From Eledone cirrhosa (lineage: Eukaryota), in assembly GCA_964016885.1 (NCBI GenBank), contig OZ024741.1, positions 336,412,001 through 336,476,000 on the forward strand: a stretch of 64,000 nt of DNA, written 5' to 3'. Of this stretch, positions 50,286-60,645 are shown one piece after another. Under the pieces are notes generated by a model. The model ran no database searches. It was given only the letters and a program-made list of their open reading frames with translations, and had not been told where the DNA came from. Position numbers and translations under genes: made by a program. Positions within the stretch are counted from its first letter, which is position 1; every line of letters begins with the position of its first letter.

Positions 50286-50592
50286 ATGTACTGGAAGCAT
50301 GGCTTCTATGGCTGGATGCCCTTCCTAACACCAACCACTTCACATGTACTGGAAACATGGTTTCTATGGCTGGATGCCCTTCCTAACACCAACCACTTCA
50401 CAACTACTGGAACAGGGTTTCTATGGCTGGATGCCCTTCCTAACACCAACCACTTCACATGTACTGGAAGCATGGTTTCTATGCCTGGATGCCCTTCCTA
50501 ACCAACTACTTCACAACATGTACTGGGAGCATGGTTTCTATGGCTGGATGCACTTCCTATATACAAACACATTACATTGTGTATTGGTAGCA
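50286..50592 (-). repeat. five ~58-bp tandem units derived from the RTE 3' UTR
   Basis: Unit ATGTACTGGAAGCATGG(C/T)TTCTATGGCTGGATGCCCTTCCTAACACCAACCACTTCAC; the core matches RTE UTR 51490-51525. Confidence 0.9.
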
Positions 50593-50753
50593 AAACTTAA
50601 TGATTCAATAAAAATCTTTCACTAAATTAGATTGAAATATGTCATTTATACTGTATGATAAACTAAAAACTATGTAAGATATGTGCTCCAGCATGGTCTC
50701 AATCTTGGTGCTGAATCAAATAATAACATTTGAGAAATTAAAGAATCCCTTAA

Positions 50754-50994
50754 TCCTTTCATGACCGCATTTCTAATAAAATACACTCTTAATTAATTAG
50801 GACAGAATTTTGAGAGATTTACTAAAATTATTAATTATTTCATTAGTAAGATAGTAACTTAATGCAAAGTTCTTATATAAAATTGTTGGAAGATTTTAAT
50901 TTAAATTGGAAACCGTTAAAATGCGGGGCGGGGGGGGGGGGGGGGGTATTTCATAGAGCCAGAGCTGGTTTTGTCCAGGTTAGTAACTAAAGGG
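50754..50994. mobile_element. piggyBac-type MITE
   Basis: TTAA|TCCTTTC...AAAGGG|TTAA: TTAA TSD with CCCTTT-type termini. Confidence 0.65.
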
Positions 50995-51223
50995 TTAAGA
51001 TAACAGCAGCAGTAGTACCATGGATGTGAACAGTGAGAAATAAACAGACAGTATATGATATGTTGTGAAGATAAACAATGCAATAATTACGATGTAAAAT
51101 TGTTCTGATTACAATAAATATAGGGAATAATGCTATCATTAAGATTGGTGGAAATTATTTCCAGCAGATATTTCTGTTGTAATGGAGTAACAACGTAGCC
51201 AAGAAAATAACACAGTTGTTCTG

Positions 51224-51280
51224 TTGCACCTGGTTTTCTCGTTTGATTTTCTTTGCATGTAAATACACCCAAGCACACAC
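51224..51280 (+). repeat. left arm of a 57-bp inverted repeat (partner 57310-57366)
   Basis: 48/57 ungapped matches by hand alignment to the reverse complement of 57310-57366. Confidence 0.85.
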
Positions 51281-51299
51281 ACACATACATATACATATG

Positions 51300-51358
<59 letters not shown>

Positions 51359-51367
51359 ATACATATG

Positions 51368-52221
51368 CATCATCATCATCATCATCAACGTTTAACGTCC
51401 GTGTTCCACGCTTGCATGGGTTTGGACGGGGGTTTTCCCACTTGAGGCAAGAGTGATTATCTTGCTCGCATAGGACTATCTGGCGGGTTTTCTACAGCTG
51501 GATGCCCTTCCTAACACCAACCACATTTACAGTGTGGGTCTGGGAGGTTTTTACCGTGTTGCCTACACGGCCACATTACAGCGTGAACTGTGTGTTTTTT
51601 TGACATGACACCTACACGATCTCATTTCTTTCGGCCTGGATGTTGTGGCACCAACATAAATTTACATTGAAAGGGGCGGTGTGGATGGGGTGGAGGTGGT
51701 GGGACGGGGGTGTATTTTGTTAGAGATGCCTACTGACTGTAGTAGGTTTTACTTTGTATTTAGGTAAGGCGGGTCTTCTCTATTACTGAGTACCGCCAAA
51801 GGTCTCGGTCCAGTAACATTGTCTTGGTGAGGTGTAAGTGTGTGAGGTCGGAATTTATCAGCTCGTCCCAGGTTTTTCTGGGTCTGCCTATTCCGTGGCT
51901 ACCGTCTATCTTTATTGCCCTGCACTTTGTTATACAGCTATCATCCTTCATGCGCATCACGTGACCATACCAACGTAGCCTTCTCTCGAGTAAACAACAT
52001 CTGATCCCTCTTATTTCTAATTTTTTCCTTAGTTCGTTTATGCTTTGCCGTTCACGTATATTACTATTACACATCCAGCGGAGCATGCAAGCTTCATTTC
52101 TCTCTAGTCTGCGTATATCCTCTGCACACAATGCCCAGGTCTCACTGCCATGCAACAATGCTGTTCGTATGCAGGCATCGTACAACCTGCCTTTCATTTT
52201 TAGGGAGAACCCTTTAGCGGC
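51368..52221 (-). mobile_element. RTE LINE, 5'-truncated (subfamily A)
   Basis: Encodes [29 protein letters not shown]...[12 protein letters not shown]...GRPRKTW; 3' UTR and (GAT)n tail; flanked by TA repeats. Confidence 0.95.
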
Positions 52222-52405
52222 ATATATATATATATATGTATATGTATATGTATGTATGTATAAGTATGTATATATGTATATATATATATATGTATATGTA
52301 TATATATGTATATTTATATATATGTATATATATCCATATATATACATATATATAAATATACATATATATACATATACATACATATATATTTATATATATA
52401 TATAT

Positions 52406-53014
52406 GGTGGCTGCCAACTCGTTTTCGAGTACGGCCACTACTTTATATCCATGTAGGAGAACCCCTACCAATGCGCTGAACGAGTGTGACTTTTTAGTCC
52501 AGCCAGCGACTTGAAAACTCTGGTACAAACACTACACCTGTGACAATTATTGACACATAGTGCTGGGCCCATGGTACCATGTGATGACAAGTGCAGAGAG
52601 ATCTCCAGATATAAAGCAATGCCTGTGCCGTGAAGCTTTTATAGTGAGCAAAGGCACTGCACAAAGCCAGTCCCACTCTCTTAACCAAGATAATATTTAC
52701 CAAAAAGAAGAACAAGTCAACATCATTGGATACCATCAGGGTTGCAGATGTTATATCAGAGTTTTCCTTCTCCTAGAATTCTGCCTTGACAAAGGCTAAG
52801 GGGTCATCTCTCCCAGTGATTTTGGATAGCCATTGACTCTAAAGAGCTCCTTTGCCCTTTTGACAGGTTTTGTTTTTAGTCCTGCAGGATGTCCAAAGTC
52901 ACCCTCCTCACCAAGAAACCTTGGTGGGGTTGCCAGTTTAGTCGCCAACGACCCGACCATGGAACAGGTTGTACTGGGATACATGTTACCAGTAGCACCA
53001 ACTGGTGACCTGAC
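52406..53014 (-). mobile_element. unclassified insertion; right half resembles a structured RTE-type 5' UTR
   Basis: Sharp edges within (TA)n; multiple hairpins; contains CTAGGAGAAGGAAAACTCTGA on the minus strand, a motif I associate with RTE-type 5' regions (from memory). Confidence 0.55.
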
Positions 53015-53071
53015 ATATATATATATACATACATATATACATACTTATACATACATACATATACATATACG

Positions 53072-53147
<76 letters not shown>

Positions 53148-53279
53148 TGTATGTATATATATGTATATTTATATATATGTATATGTATATATGTATGTAT
53201 GTATATGTATATATATGTATATTTATATATATGTATATGTATATATATATATATGTATGTATATGTATATATATGTATG

Positions 53280-53314
<35 letters not shown>

Positions 53315-53594
53315 GAACCAGTAAGACCCCGACAGCTGAGCTCAAGCCGTTTCGGCGGCTAATATATAAATATATGTATTTATATATATACTGGTATGTA
53401 TTTATATGTATATATATACATATAAATACATATATAGACATATATATACATATTATATAAATGCATATATATATAAATACATACATATATATATATAAAT
53501 ACATATATATATATACAAACCCACACACCCATATATATATATATTTGTATATATATGTATTTGTATATATATATATATATGTATTTATACATAT

Positions 53595-53954
53595 CTACAC
53601 AGTTATACAGAAGACCCGCCTTGCCTAAGTACAAAGCGAAACCTACAGTTAGTAGGCAACTCTCACCCCCCCCACCCACCCCTAAAATGTGAAGTTATGT
53701 TGGTGCCACAACATCCAGTCCGAAACAAATGAGGTCGTGTAGGTGTCACGACAAAAAAACACACAGTCCACGCTGTAATGTGGCTGTGTAGGTAACACGG
53801 TAAAAACCTCCCAGTCCACACTGTAAACGTGGTTGGTGTTAGGAAGGGCATCCAGCTGTAGAAAACCCGCCAGACAGTCCTGAGCAAGACAACCAATCTT
53901 GCCTCAAGTGGGACAATTCCCGTCCAGAATGGACGTTAAACGATGATGATGATG
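53595..53954 (+). mobile_element. RTE LINE 3' end (subfamily B) lacking the tail stem-loop
   Basis: ATACAGAAGACCCGCCTTGCCTAA (IQKTRLA*), 3' UTR, GGACGTTAAAC(GAT)n; CCCATGCTAGCGTGG is absent. Confidence 0.9.
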
Positions 53955-54044
53955 TATGCATTTATATAATATGTATATATATATATGTATATGTATATAT
54001 ATGTATTTATAAATATATATGTATTTATATACATGTATATGTAT

Positions 54045-55578
54045 ATCATCATCATCATCATCAACGTTTAACGTCCGTGTTCCACGCTTGCATGGGTTTG
54101 GACGGCGGTAGTCCCACTTGAGGCAAGAGTGATTGTCTTGCTCGCATAGGGCTGTCTGGCAGGTTTTCTACAGTTGGATGCCCTTCCTAACACCAACCAC
54201 ATTTACAGTGTGGGTCTGGGAGGTTTTTACAGTGTTGCCTACACAGCCACATTACAGCGTGGACTGTGTGTTTTTTTGTCGTGACACCTACACGCTCTCA
54301 TTTGTTTCGGCCTGGATGGTGTGGCACCAACATAACTTTACATAGAACGGGGTGGTGTGGATGGGGTGGGGGTGGTGGTGGTGGGACGGGGGCGGGGGTA
54401 TTTTGTTAGAGATGCCTACTGGCTGTAGTAGGTTTTACTATGTATTTAGGTAAGGCGGGTCTTCTCTGTTACTGAGTACCGCCAAAGGTCTCGGTCCAGT
54501 GACATTGTCTTGGTGAGGTGTAAGTGTGTGAGGTCGGAGTTTATCAGCTCGTCCCAGGTTTTTCTAGGTCTGCCTATTCCGTGGCTACCGTCTATCTTTA
54601 TTGCCCTGCACTTTGTTATACAGCTATCGACTTTCATGCGCATCACGTGTCCATACCAACGTAGCCTTCTCTCGAGTAAACAACATCTGATCCCTCTTAT
54701 TTCTAATTTTTTCCTTAGTTCGTTTATGCTTTGCCGTTCACGTATATTACTGTTACACATCCAGCGGAGCATGCAAGCTTCGTTCCTCTCTAGTCTGCGT
54801 ATATCCTCTGCACACAATGCCCAGGTCTCACTGCCATGCAACAATGCTGTTCGTATGCAGGCATCGTACAACCTGCCTTTCATTTTTAGGGAGAACCCTT
54901 TAGCAGCTAATAATGGTATAAGCTCTCTGAACTTTTTCCAACCAGTTCTGACTCTAGCTACTGTACTTTCAGAGCACCCTCCCCCACTGCTGATTTTATC
55001 ACCCAGGTAACGGAAACTGTCCACTATTTCTATAGAACCCTCTGCGCAATTGAAAGAGCTAGTATTTTGTGGGCACTTGCTGCTACTTATTGCACCAGAG
55101 CACCGGCCACATGTAAAATCTATGTTCTTAGTTAGCTTACCTGTGATCCCACTACATCTTTTATGCACCCATACTTTGCATTTAGGACATAAAATGGAGT
55201 TTCTACCTACGCCTTTCCTACACACCGAGCACGACCATTTCCCAGAAGGGACCGCCGCCTTATTTTCTTTCCTACAAACTAGAACTTTAGTCTTAGCCAG
55301 GTTAATTTTAAGGCCTTTTGATTCTAGGCCGTGCTTCCATGTTTGGAATTTCTTCTCTAGCTCGGCCATTGATTCTGCTATGAGTGTCAGGTCGTCTGCG
55401 TATAGGAGTTCCCATGGGCAGCCGGTCTTGAACTCCTCTGTTATAGCCTGAAGGGCAATAATAAATAGTAGGGGTCTGAGAACAGAGCCCTGATGGACGC
55501 CAACTTTTACGCTAAACTCTTCACTATATTCGTTGTTAATTCTAACCTTGCTGACTGTTTCTTTATACATGGCTTGTA
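54045..55578 (-). mobile_element. RTE LINE, 5'-truncated (subfamily A), longest copy
   Basis: Contains the RT fragment below, full 3' UTR and (GAT)n tail; both ends in TA microsatellite. Confidence 0.97.
54446..55570 (-). pseudogene. RTE ORF2 C-terminal fragment: reverse transcriptase motifs B/C, PHD-like zinc finger and RTE C-terminal domain
   Basis: GVHQGSVLRPLLF, ELLYADDL, GLKINLAKTK, FRYLG; CxxC...CxxC...H-xx-C...CxxC. Open for 374 codons but 5'-truncated (no endonuclease domain, no N-terminal RT). Confidence 0.93.
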
Positions 55579-55944
55579 TATATATGTATTTATAAAGATA
55601 GATGTATTTATATATATATATGTATATATATGTATATATATATGTATATGTATGTATATATATATATATGTATTTTTAAATATATATGTATTTATATATA
55701 TATATGTATATATATATATATTTATAAATATATATGTATTTATATATATGTATTTATAAATATATATATATTTATATATATATGTATGTATATATATATG
55801 TATATATATGTATGTATATATATATATATGCATATATATGTATATATATATGCATATATATATATGCATATATATATGCATATGTATATATTTATATATA
55901 TATATGTATGTATATGTATATATATGTATATGTATGTTTATGCA

Positions 55945-56007
55945 TCAAATGGAACAAAACCGTCTAACCCATGCTAGCGTGGAAGAAGGACATTAAACGA
56001 TGTTGAT
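55945..56007 (+). mobile_element. RTE extreme 3' tail fragment (subfamily B-like)
   Basis: CCGTCTAACCCATGCTAGCGTGGAAGAAGGACATTAAACGATG within (TA)n. Confidence 0.8.
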
Positions 56008-56179
56008 ATATATATGTATATGTATATATATATATGTATATGTATATATATGTATATTTTTTTACATATTTGTATGTATATATATGTATGAATATATATA
56101 TACATATATGTAGGTGTTTATATGTGTATGTATATATATGTGTATGTATATATACGTATATGTATATGTATATATATAC

Positions 56180-56219
<40 letters not shown>

Positions 56220-56230
<11 letters not shown>

Positions 56231-57196
56231 GTGGACAGCTTCCATTACCTGGGTGACAAAATCAGCAGTGGGGGAGGGTGCTCCGACAGTACCGTAGCTA
56301 GAGTCAGAACTGGATGGAAAAAGTTCAGAGAGCTTATACCACTATTAGCCGCTAAAGGGTTCTCCCTAAAAATGAAAGGCAGGTTGTATGATGCCTGCAT
56401 ACGAACAGCAATGTTGCATGGCAGTGAGACCTGGACATTGTGCGCAGAGGATATACGCAGACTAGAGAGGAACGAAGCTTGCATGCTCCGCTGGATGTGT
56501 AATAGTAATATACGTGAACGGCAAAGCATAAACGAACTAAGGAAAAAATTAGAAATAAGAGGGATCAGATGTTGTTTACTCGAGAGAAGGCTACGTTGGT
56601 ATGGACACGTGATGCGCATGGAAGTCGATAGCTGTATAACAAAGTGCAGGGCAATAAAGATAGACAGTAGCCACGGAATAGGCAGACCTAGAAAAACCTG
56701 GGACGAGCTGATAAACTCCGACCTCACAAACTTACACCTCTCCAAGACAATGTCACTGGACCGAGACCTTTGGCGGTACTCAGTAATAGAGAAGACCCGC
56801 CTTACCTAAATACATAGTAAAACCTACAGTCAGTAGGCACCTCTAACAAAATACACCCTGTCCCACCACCCCCACCCCATCCACACCACCCCCTCCTATG
56901 TAAAGTTATGTTGGTGCCACAACATCCAGGCCGAAACAAATGAGATCGTGTAGGTGTCACGACAAAAAAACACACAGTCCACGCTGTAATGTGGCCGTGT
57001 AGGCAACATGGTAAAAACCTCCCAGAGTCACACTGTAAATGTGGTTGGTGTTAGGAAGGGCATCCAACTGTAGAAAACCCGCCAGATAGTCCTATGCGAG
57101 CAAGACAATCACTCTTGCCTCAAGTGGGAATACCCCCGTCCAAACCCATGCAAGCGTGGAACACGGACGTTAAACGTTGATGATGATGATGATGAT
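56220..57196 (+). mobile_element. RTE LINE, 5'-truncated (subfamily A)
   Basis: [20 protein letters not shown]...KTRLT*, 3' UTR, (GAT)n tail; near-identical to the reverse complement of 54045-55035. Confidence 0.96.
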
Positions 57197-57309
57197 ATAC
57201 ATATATATATATATATGTAAATATGTGTATATATATATATATATATGTATGTCTATATATATGTCTATATATATATGTATGTATATATAATGTATGTGTG
57301 TGTGTGTCT

Positions 57310-57366
57310 GTGTGTGCTTGTTAGTGTTTACATGTAAAGAAAATCAAATGAATAAAACAGGTGCAA
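57310..57366 (-). repeat. right arm of the 57-bp inverted repeat (partner 51224-51280)
   Basis: Hand alignment; both arms translate to ...[11 protein letters not shown]. Confidence 0.85.
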
Positions 57367-57600
57367 TACAACTCTATTCTTCATTGCTACTGAGTATATT
57401 CCATTGTGACACAACCACTAGAGAGGTTGACTCATCCACTGCAGGCCAAAGGGAGGAGCTCTCAATCACCATATTATGGGTATTAAATGATTGAGCTGTT
57501 ATTGTGGTCTCTGCTTGGATACTTTCGCAATCAAATTTTTAATAAAATATGCTAGCTAACCATGCATTAAATTAATTTTTAAAATAACCAATAATTTGAT

Positions 57601-57810
57601 TGTGTGTTGTGTCCTTAAGCAAAACACTTTATTTCATTTTGCTCCAGTGCACTCAGCTGAGAGTGAGTACCAGCAGTTTGCTGAGGAGTTAAACATGCGA
57701 CAGACCACTGTCCTCTCCTGGAAGAGTTTTGTACACTCAGTTGCTTAACAGCAAGGAAGCAGGGGATAAACACTGACTTTGTGAGCCATAAGCATAGAAC
57801 AGACTTTTAT
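57601..57810 (+). mobile_element. SINE (second family), head missing
   Basis: GTGTTGTGTCCTTAAGCAAAACACTTTATTTCA...GAGTACCAGCA matches the reverse complement of 60470-60522. Confidence 0.7.
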
Positions 57811-58149
57811 AATAGAAGACTTAAATTTAAATATGAACACTTTCAAAGAGGATTGTGTAAAATTTGATGTAGTTTACCACTGAAATGGCCTGTAGCTAAG
57901 CATTCATATACAGTGGAATCTTATCTTGGTTAATGAACTTCATTCCTTCTTGAAGGCTGTTTATCCCACAAAATGTTCTTAAAAATCCCTTTTTTGCATG
58001 TTTTCTACAGCTGAATGCCCTTCCTAATGCCAGCTACTTTACAGAGTTTACTACAGAATACATTTTATAATTGCATTACTGATAGACATGATAGTTGCAT
58101 TACTGATAGATCCCTAATAGCACTGAAGAGTCCTTTCTACTTTTTTTAA

Positions 58150-59135
58150 AATGGCTTTTATGCAGAAGTCATTTTATTGTAAATCAATCTTAATTCTATA
58201 GCGAATCATACAGATATTTATAGCTGCTTCTTATAAATGTTCTATAAATCTATAAGGGTCGGCTGAAAAGTTAATAGGCTAACCAAAATACTAGCATGGA
58301 ATGATCAAACGAGGTTTATTGTTCAGCAAAGTCCCTAGAAAGGAACAATGGTGTTATTAATAAGAAGAGTTGAAATTAATGCATGCTAGATTTCACAGCT
58401 CTAGCATCGCTCCTTCATATCAGTCTATGAAGTTTTTAGCTGACCCTCATATAGTAGCTGCCTCATCAGTTACACATAGAATAACATTTGCGAGAGGGAA
58501 TATTTTTATCATTAGAAAAAAAAGTCCCCAACTACTCTATCAACTGTAGAACCTTTTGTGTCAGTTTTCAACTGTTCAGCAAATATGAACTCTTCTATAA
58601 CATCTTGATTAGTATTTGAATAATGCACGTTGGTCAATAACAAAGATTAATTATCTTGTAAAGTTGTCTTATAATGAAAAATTTCATGGTTTTCTTATCG
58701 CCCTAATTCTTTAAAATTTTCTATTTATTTTCTTTTTTTCTTTTCAAATGTCATTTGTCATTTTATCAATTTTCGTTGGCACTGAAATATTTCTGAGAGG
58801 AATAAGTGACATTGTTACTATGTTACATTTATCAGGTCCCATCATAGTATATATAACCTCATTTACAGCTGGTAAGACATTTTCACCAGTTTTAATGTAG
58901 TTTCTTCACATTTGGTGATTAATTTTAATATTTTATAAGATCTGGCTTATCCTTTCTGTAGTTGGCTATTTCATTATACAATCAACTCATTAACTATAAA
59001 TCGATTTTTGAATTTATTTTTAATTCCAGAAAGTAGCCTAAATCCTTTTTTCTACTTCATCTAAATGTTGTTTTTAAATGATCAATCATTCTCGAAGGTT
59101 CCATTCCTTTGTTTGAGAATGTTTTTGGTGGTATT
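58150..59135 (-). pseudogene. decayed hAT (Charlie/Buster, SCAND3/ZBED8-like) transposase, interrupted by a mariner MITE
   Basis: Manual translation with stops and frameshifts: KTFSNKGMEPSRMIDHLK...KDLGYFLELK; VLPAVNEVIYTMM; IPLRNISVPTKIDKMTNDI; TTLQDN*SLLLTNV; VIEEFIFAEQLKTDTKGS; LANVILCVTDEAAT [MITE] FIEHL*EAAINICMI. These are colinear with the known motifs MKPSRL, IPLSNNTV.RRI, EEFLF...TTG and TDGA. Confidence 0.85.
58253..58449. mobile_element. Tc1/mariner-type MITE
   Basis: 30-bp imperfect TIRs TAAGGGTCGGCTGAAAAGTTAATAGGCTAA / TCAGTCTATGAAGTTTTTAGCTGACCCTCA; TA TSD. Confidence 0.85.
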
Positions 59136-59335
59136 TTCCCCATAATGAACAAGCTGGTAACTGTTCACTATTAATAGATAGAATTTCTAACATTTCTAAC
59201 ATTTACATCAGTATTTTTATGAAAGGGTTAAACAAAGTAATGCAGTATCAACAACGCTATGATTTTTCATTTCTTTTCAAAATTATTTCCACTATATCCA
59301 TATATGCATAAAAAGAATCTATCGTATATACTCAA

Positions 59336-59553
59336 GCTTCAGTTGTTAGCTGCTGAGACACTGCATCCTTTAAAACCTCCATGCTTCCTGAAATTTGCCA
59401 ACACTACACCTGATACCCCCTCCATACACATGCACACTATGACTCATACACTGTTCACTTTCCTGACATTTGTACATTATTCTATGTACTATACATGCAT
59501 CTTTGATGAGTTATAGTGCACTTGAGCACTATACACAATAATTTCATTATTAT
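59336..59553 (+). mobile_element. CR1/L2-like LINE 3' fragment
   Basis: Translates ASVVSC*DTASFKTSMLPEICQHYT*, resembling the WN.LP..VV....SFK terminus of CR1-group ORF2; then a UTR with an (ATT)n tail. Confidence 0.6.
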
Positions 59554-59594
59554 CAAAGCTGAGGAATATGTGACCAAAGCATCGATGGTGAAAT

Positions 59595-59729
59595 AGGACA
59601 GGGGCCGGCTTATATACAGCATCTAAATGTGTTGATTAGCCACCTCATCTTGTAAAAGGGATTTGGATTTTTGCCCTTTTCTCAGACATAAAATAGGGTG
59701 AGGATCAGCTTATATTTGTGTATATACGG
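59595..59729. mobile_element. TcMar-type MITE right end
   Basis: Ends TCAGCTTATATTTGTGTATATACGG|TA, with a second GGCTTATATAC subterminal motif at ~59608. Confidence 0.5.
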
Positions 59730-60149
59730 TATCTTTATCTTTAAAAAGTGAGTGTCCCAAATGCAGACAGTAACTCTATTTTTTTCAGTCTCAAAGAATA
59801 ATATACCCAATTTTCTCAACTATTATTTATAGTGACCGATTGTTATTACAGTTATTTTCTTCATTTAGGACTCCTAAATTTCCCAGTTTCGAACACTACC
59901 AGTGTTTTGATAATTCATAATGTTTATTTATTATTTTCTTTATAAAATTCTAGTTTTGATTGATTGCTGTATGAAATAAAGGAATGTTTCTTTTATATGG
60001 ATTTAAATATAAATAATTGATCACACAGTATAATTCAGGTAATTATGAGGTTGACTTAAAGAATCAATACAGAAAGTGGGAGTTTTTATTTGAGAATTGA
60101 CAGAAGTATTTGGAAATTAACAAAGAGTTATAATACTTTCATTATTAGT

Positions 60150-60645
60150 TTGATTCCTGCTGAGGTCAAATTTGCCTTTCATCATTTCAGGGTTGATAAT
60201 ATAAAGTACCAGTAAAGTATTGTCTGAGTGTAAAGTCTGTATCGAGCCTGTATCAGGCTGGTGCTTATTCAAGTTTTTGTTGCATGAAGCAACTGAAAAT
60301 GCTAGACTACCTCTTAGATAGGATGCCTGTACATCACAGGATTAAAGTCTCTCAAGCTTAAAGGCTCATCAGGCCGGTGCTTATCCTAGTTTCCTTGGCA
60401 TGAAGTGATTGAGTATAAGACTCATTCCTGGACATAACACCAGTCCAACACAAGGTTAAACCCCCAGCTATTGCTGCTGGTACTCATTTGTGAAATGAAG
60501 TGTATTTCTCAAGAACACAACACAACCCATGACATTATGATCATAAGTTCAAAACACCACTAGGCCATGCATCTACACTAGTAAAATATTGGCGTCGATA
60601 TAATTGATGCTCCCTTTCCCCTAGATTGCTGGCCTTGTGCCAGGA
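60150..60645 (+). mobile_element. SINE (family 1) split by a nested SINE
   Basis: Core GAGGTCAAATTTGCCTTTCATC...GTACCAGT ends at 60222 and resumes at 60592 (GCGTCGATATAATTGA...TTGCTGGCCTTGTGCCA, as at 35023). Confidence 0.75.
60223..60576 (-). mobile_element. nested SINE (family 2) with a duplicated 3' segment
   Basis: 15-bp TSD ACCAGTAAAGTATTG (60208-60222) / ACTAGTAAAATATTG (60577-60591); ATCAGGC(T/C)GGTGCTTAT occurs twice. Confidence 0.75.

Noticed and set aside
51760-52383. ORFs with ATG starts fused to RTE ORF2 (also 56114-56809)
   Set aside because: N-termini are microsatellite translations fused by chance to truncated LINE frames.
54510-55451. + strand ORFs of 166 and 133 aa (and 56245-56745 on the minus strand)
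   Set aside because: Antisense shadows of RTE ORF2.
58836-58871. 36-nt symmetric exon-like segment CAG|...|GTAAGA on +
   Set aside because: It is the antisense of the hAT transposase remnant (LPAVNEVIYTMMGP).
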